Assembly: GCA_965240325.2 (NCBI GenBank)
Contig: OZ251234.1
Span: 434,001 to 498,000 of the forward strand
DNA: 64,000 nt
Origin: Rebecca billardiae RCC1528
Lineage: Eukaryota > Protista > Haptophyta
Direction: 5' to 3'
This document shows positions 63,236 to 64,000 of this stretch, piece by piece. Position 1 is the stretch's first letter. The number at the start of each line of letters is the position of its first letter. Made by a program: the position numbers and the translations under genes. The notes beneath the pieces are model-generated. The model had not been told where the DNA came from, made no database searches, and worked only from the letters and a program-made list of their open reading frames with translations.

Positions 63236-64000
63236 TCAGTCGGCGCCGCCGCCCGTCGCCAGCGGCAGCTCGGCCGCGCGCCCGCTCACCGGGAGCTGCT
63301 CCACAAAGCGCGCGGTCACGCTGAGCGTCTCGGCGACGGGGTTAGGGTCGAGGTACGCCGTGGCCTCGGCGGGCAGCCCGCGCGCGCGCAGCGCCTCGAA
63401 CGTGTCCTCCCGCGCCGTGTACTCGAGCAGCACCGCGCGCGCGCCGAAGCGGTGGAAGAGGCGCGTGTCGTGCAGCCTCACCAGCAGCCCGTCCACGCGC
63501 AGCCAGAAGCGGAGGAGCACGAACCAGCAGCTCGGCATCACGCGCACGCGCGCGCTCAGCTGCGCGACGCCGTTGTCGTCGAGCTCCGACTCGAAGAGGT
63601 GCACCTCCTCGTTCCACAGGATCGGCTCCCGCCGGCGCAGCAGCTCGTAGTCGATGCCCTCGCCCGGCGCGGCGGGCTGCGGCCGGGCGCGAGACAGGCC
63701 GCCGCCGCCGCCGCCGTCCGCGCCGCCGCCATCCGCGCCGCCGCCGGAGCCCGCCCCCTCGCCGCACGCGTACGCGTAGGAGTACGAGCCCCTGTACGTG
63801 GTGGAGAAGGTCCAGTCGGAGGCCTCGACGGGCGAGGCGTCGACCTCGAGGTGCTCGATGTCCGCCGCGAGCCGGCTCAGCCGCTCGCTCCACGCGCCGG
63901 CGGCGGGCAGCTTGAGCGGCGACGGGTCAGGCGCGCGGCCGTCGGCGTGCGGCCGGCTGCCGTCTGGCGCGAGCACGGCGCCGCGCAGGGCGTCGAGGGC
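63236..64000 (-). CDS. TIP41: TIP41-like protein (5' partial)
   Basis: DWTFSTTYRGS, EPILW..V.LFESELDDNG, RVRVMP..FVLLRFWLRVDG..VRLHDTR. Confidence 0.9.
   Translation of the reverse strand, partial: ALDALRGAVLAPDGSRPHADGRAPDPSPLKLPAAGAWSERLSRLAADIEHLEVDASPVEASDWTFSTTYRGSYSYAYACGEGAGSGGGADGGGADGGGGGGLSRARPQPAAPGEGIDYELLRRREPILWNEEVHLFESELDDNGVAQLSARVRVMPSCWFVLLRFWLRVDGLLVRLHDTRLFHRFGARAVLLEYTAREDTFEALRARGLPAEATAYLDPNPVAETLSVTARFVEQLPVSGRAAELPLATGGGAD

Noticed and set aside
24721-64000. TOR-signalling cluster (SIN1-like plus TIP41)
   Set aside because: 38 kb apart with unrelated genes between; likely coincidence
1-64000. tRNA/rRNA genes, or a prokaryotic or viral origin of the window
   Set aside because: No RNA gene recognised by eye; spliceosomal introns, U2A', NDUFS5 and TIP41 indicate a eukaryotic nuclear locus

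Overview
Very GC-rich eukaryotic genomic DNA. Short introns with GTGCGC/GCGCGC donors, a probable GC-AG intron and proteins with signal peptides followed by transit-like sequences suggest an alga with a complex plastid, most consistent with a haptophyte (inference, not a database result). About 18 host genes are present: an FGGY kinase-ribulose-phosphate 3-epimerase fusion, a choline transporter-like protein, a GH16 glucanase, NDUFS5, U2A', a SIN1-CRIM protein, a metallophosphoesterase, a GLUT-type transporter, a methyltransferase, an F-box/ankyrin protein, a 3130-aa membrane-anchored bacterial-type alpha-2-macroglobulin, an alpha/beta hydrolase, a GT2-like protein, TIP41 and several unknowns. 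They are interleaved with many mobile elements: an intact PAT/DIRS-type tyrosine-recombinase retrotransposon with split direct repeats, a probable non-autonomous relative, a 5'-truncated RNase H-bearing LINE, a foldback element with ~0.9-kb arms, and several MITEs. There is also an unclassified family (4 full copies plus 1 end fragment) with asymmetric ends and a terminal hairpin that inserts next to TA with no target-site duplication; an empty site inside the window shows this directly. Leading candidates for novelty are that element family, a structured motif shared by the 3' spacers of the two YR-type elements, the thioester-less membrane A2M and the kinase-epimerase fusion. All calls come from motif recognition by eye; no searches were run.
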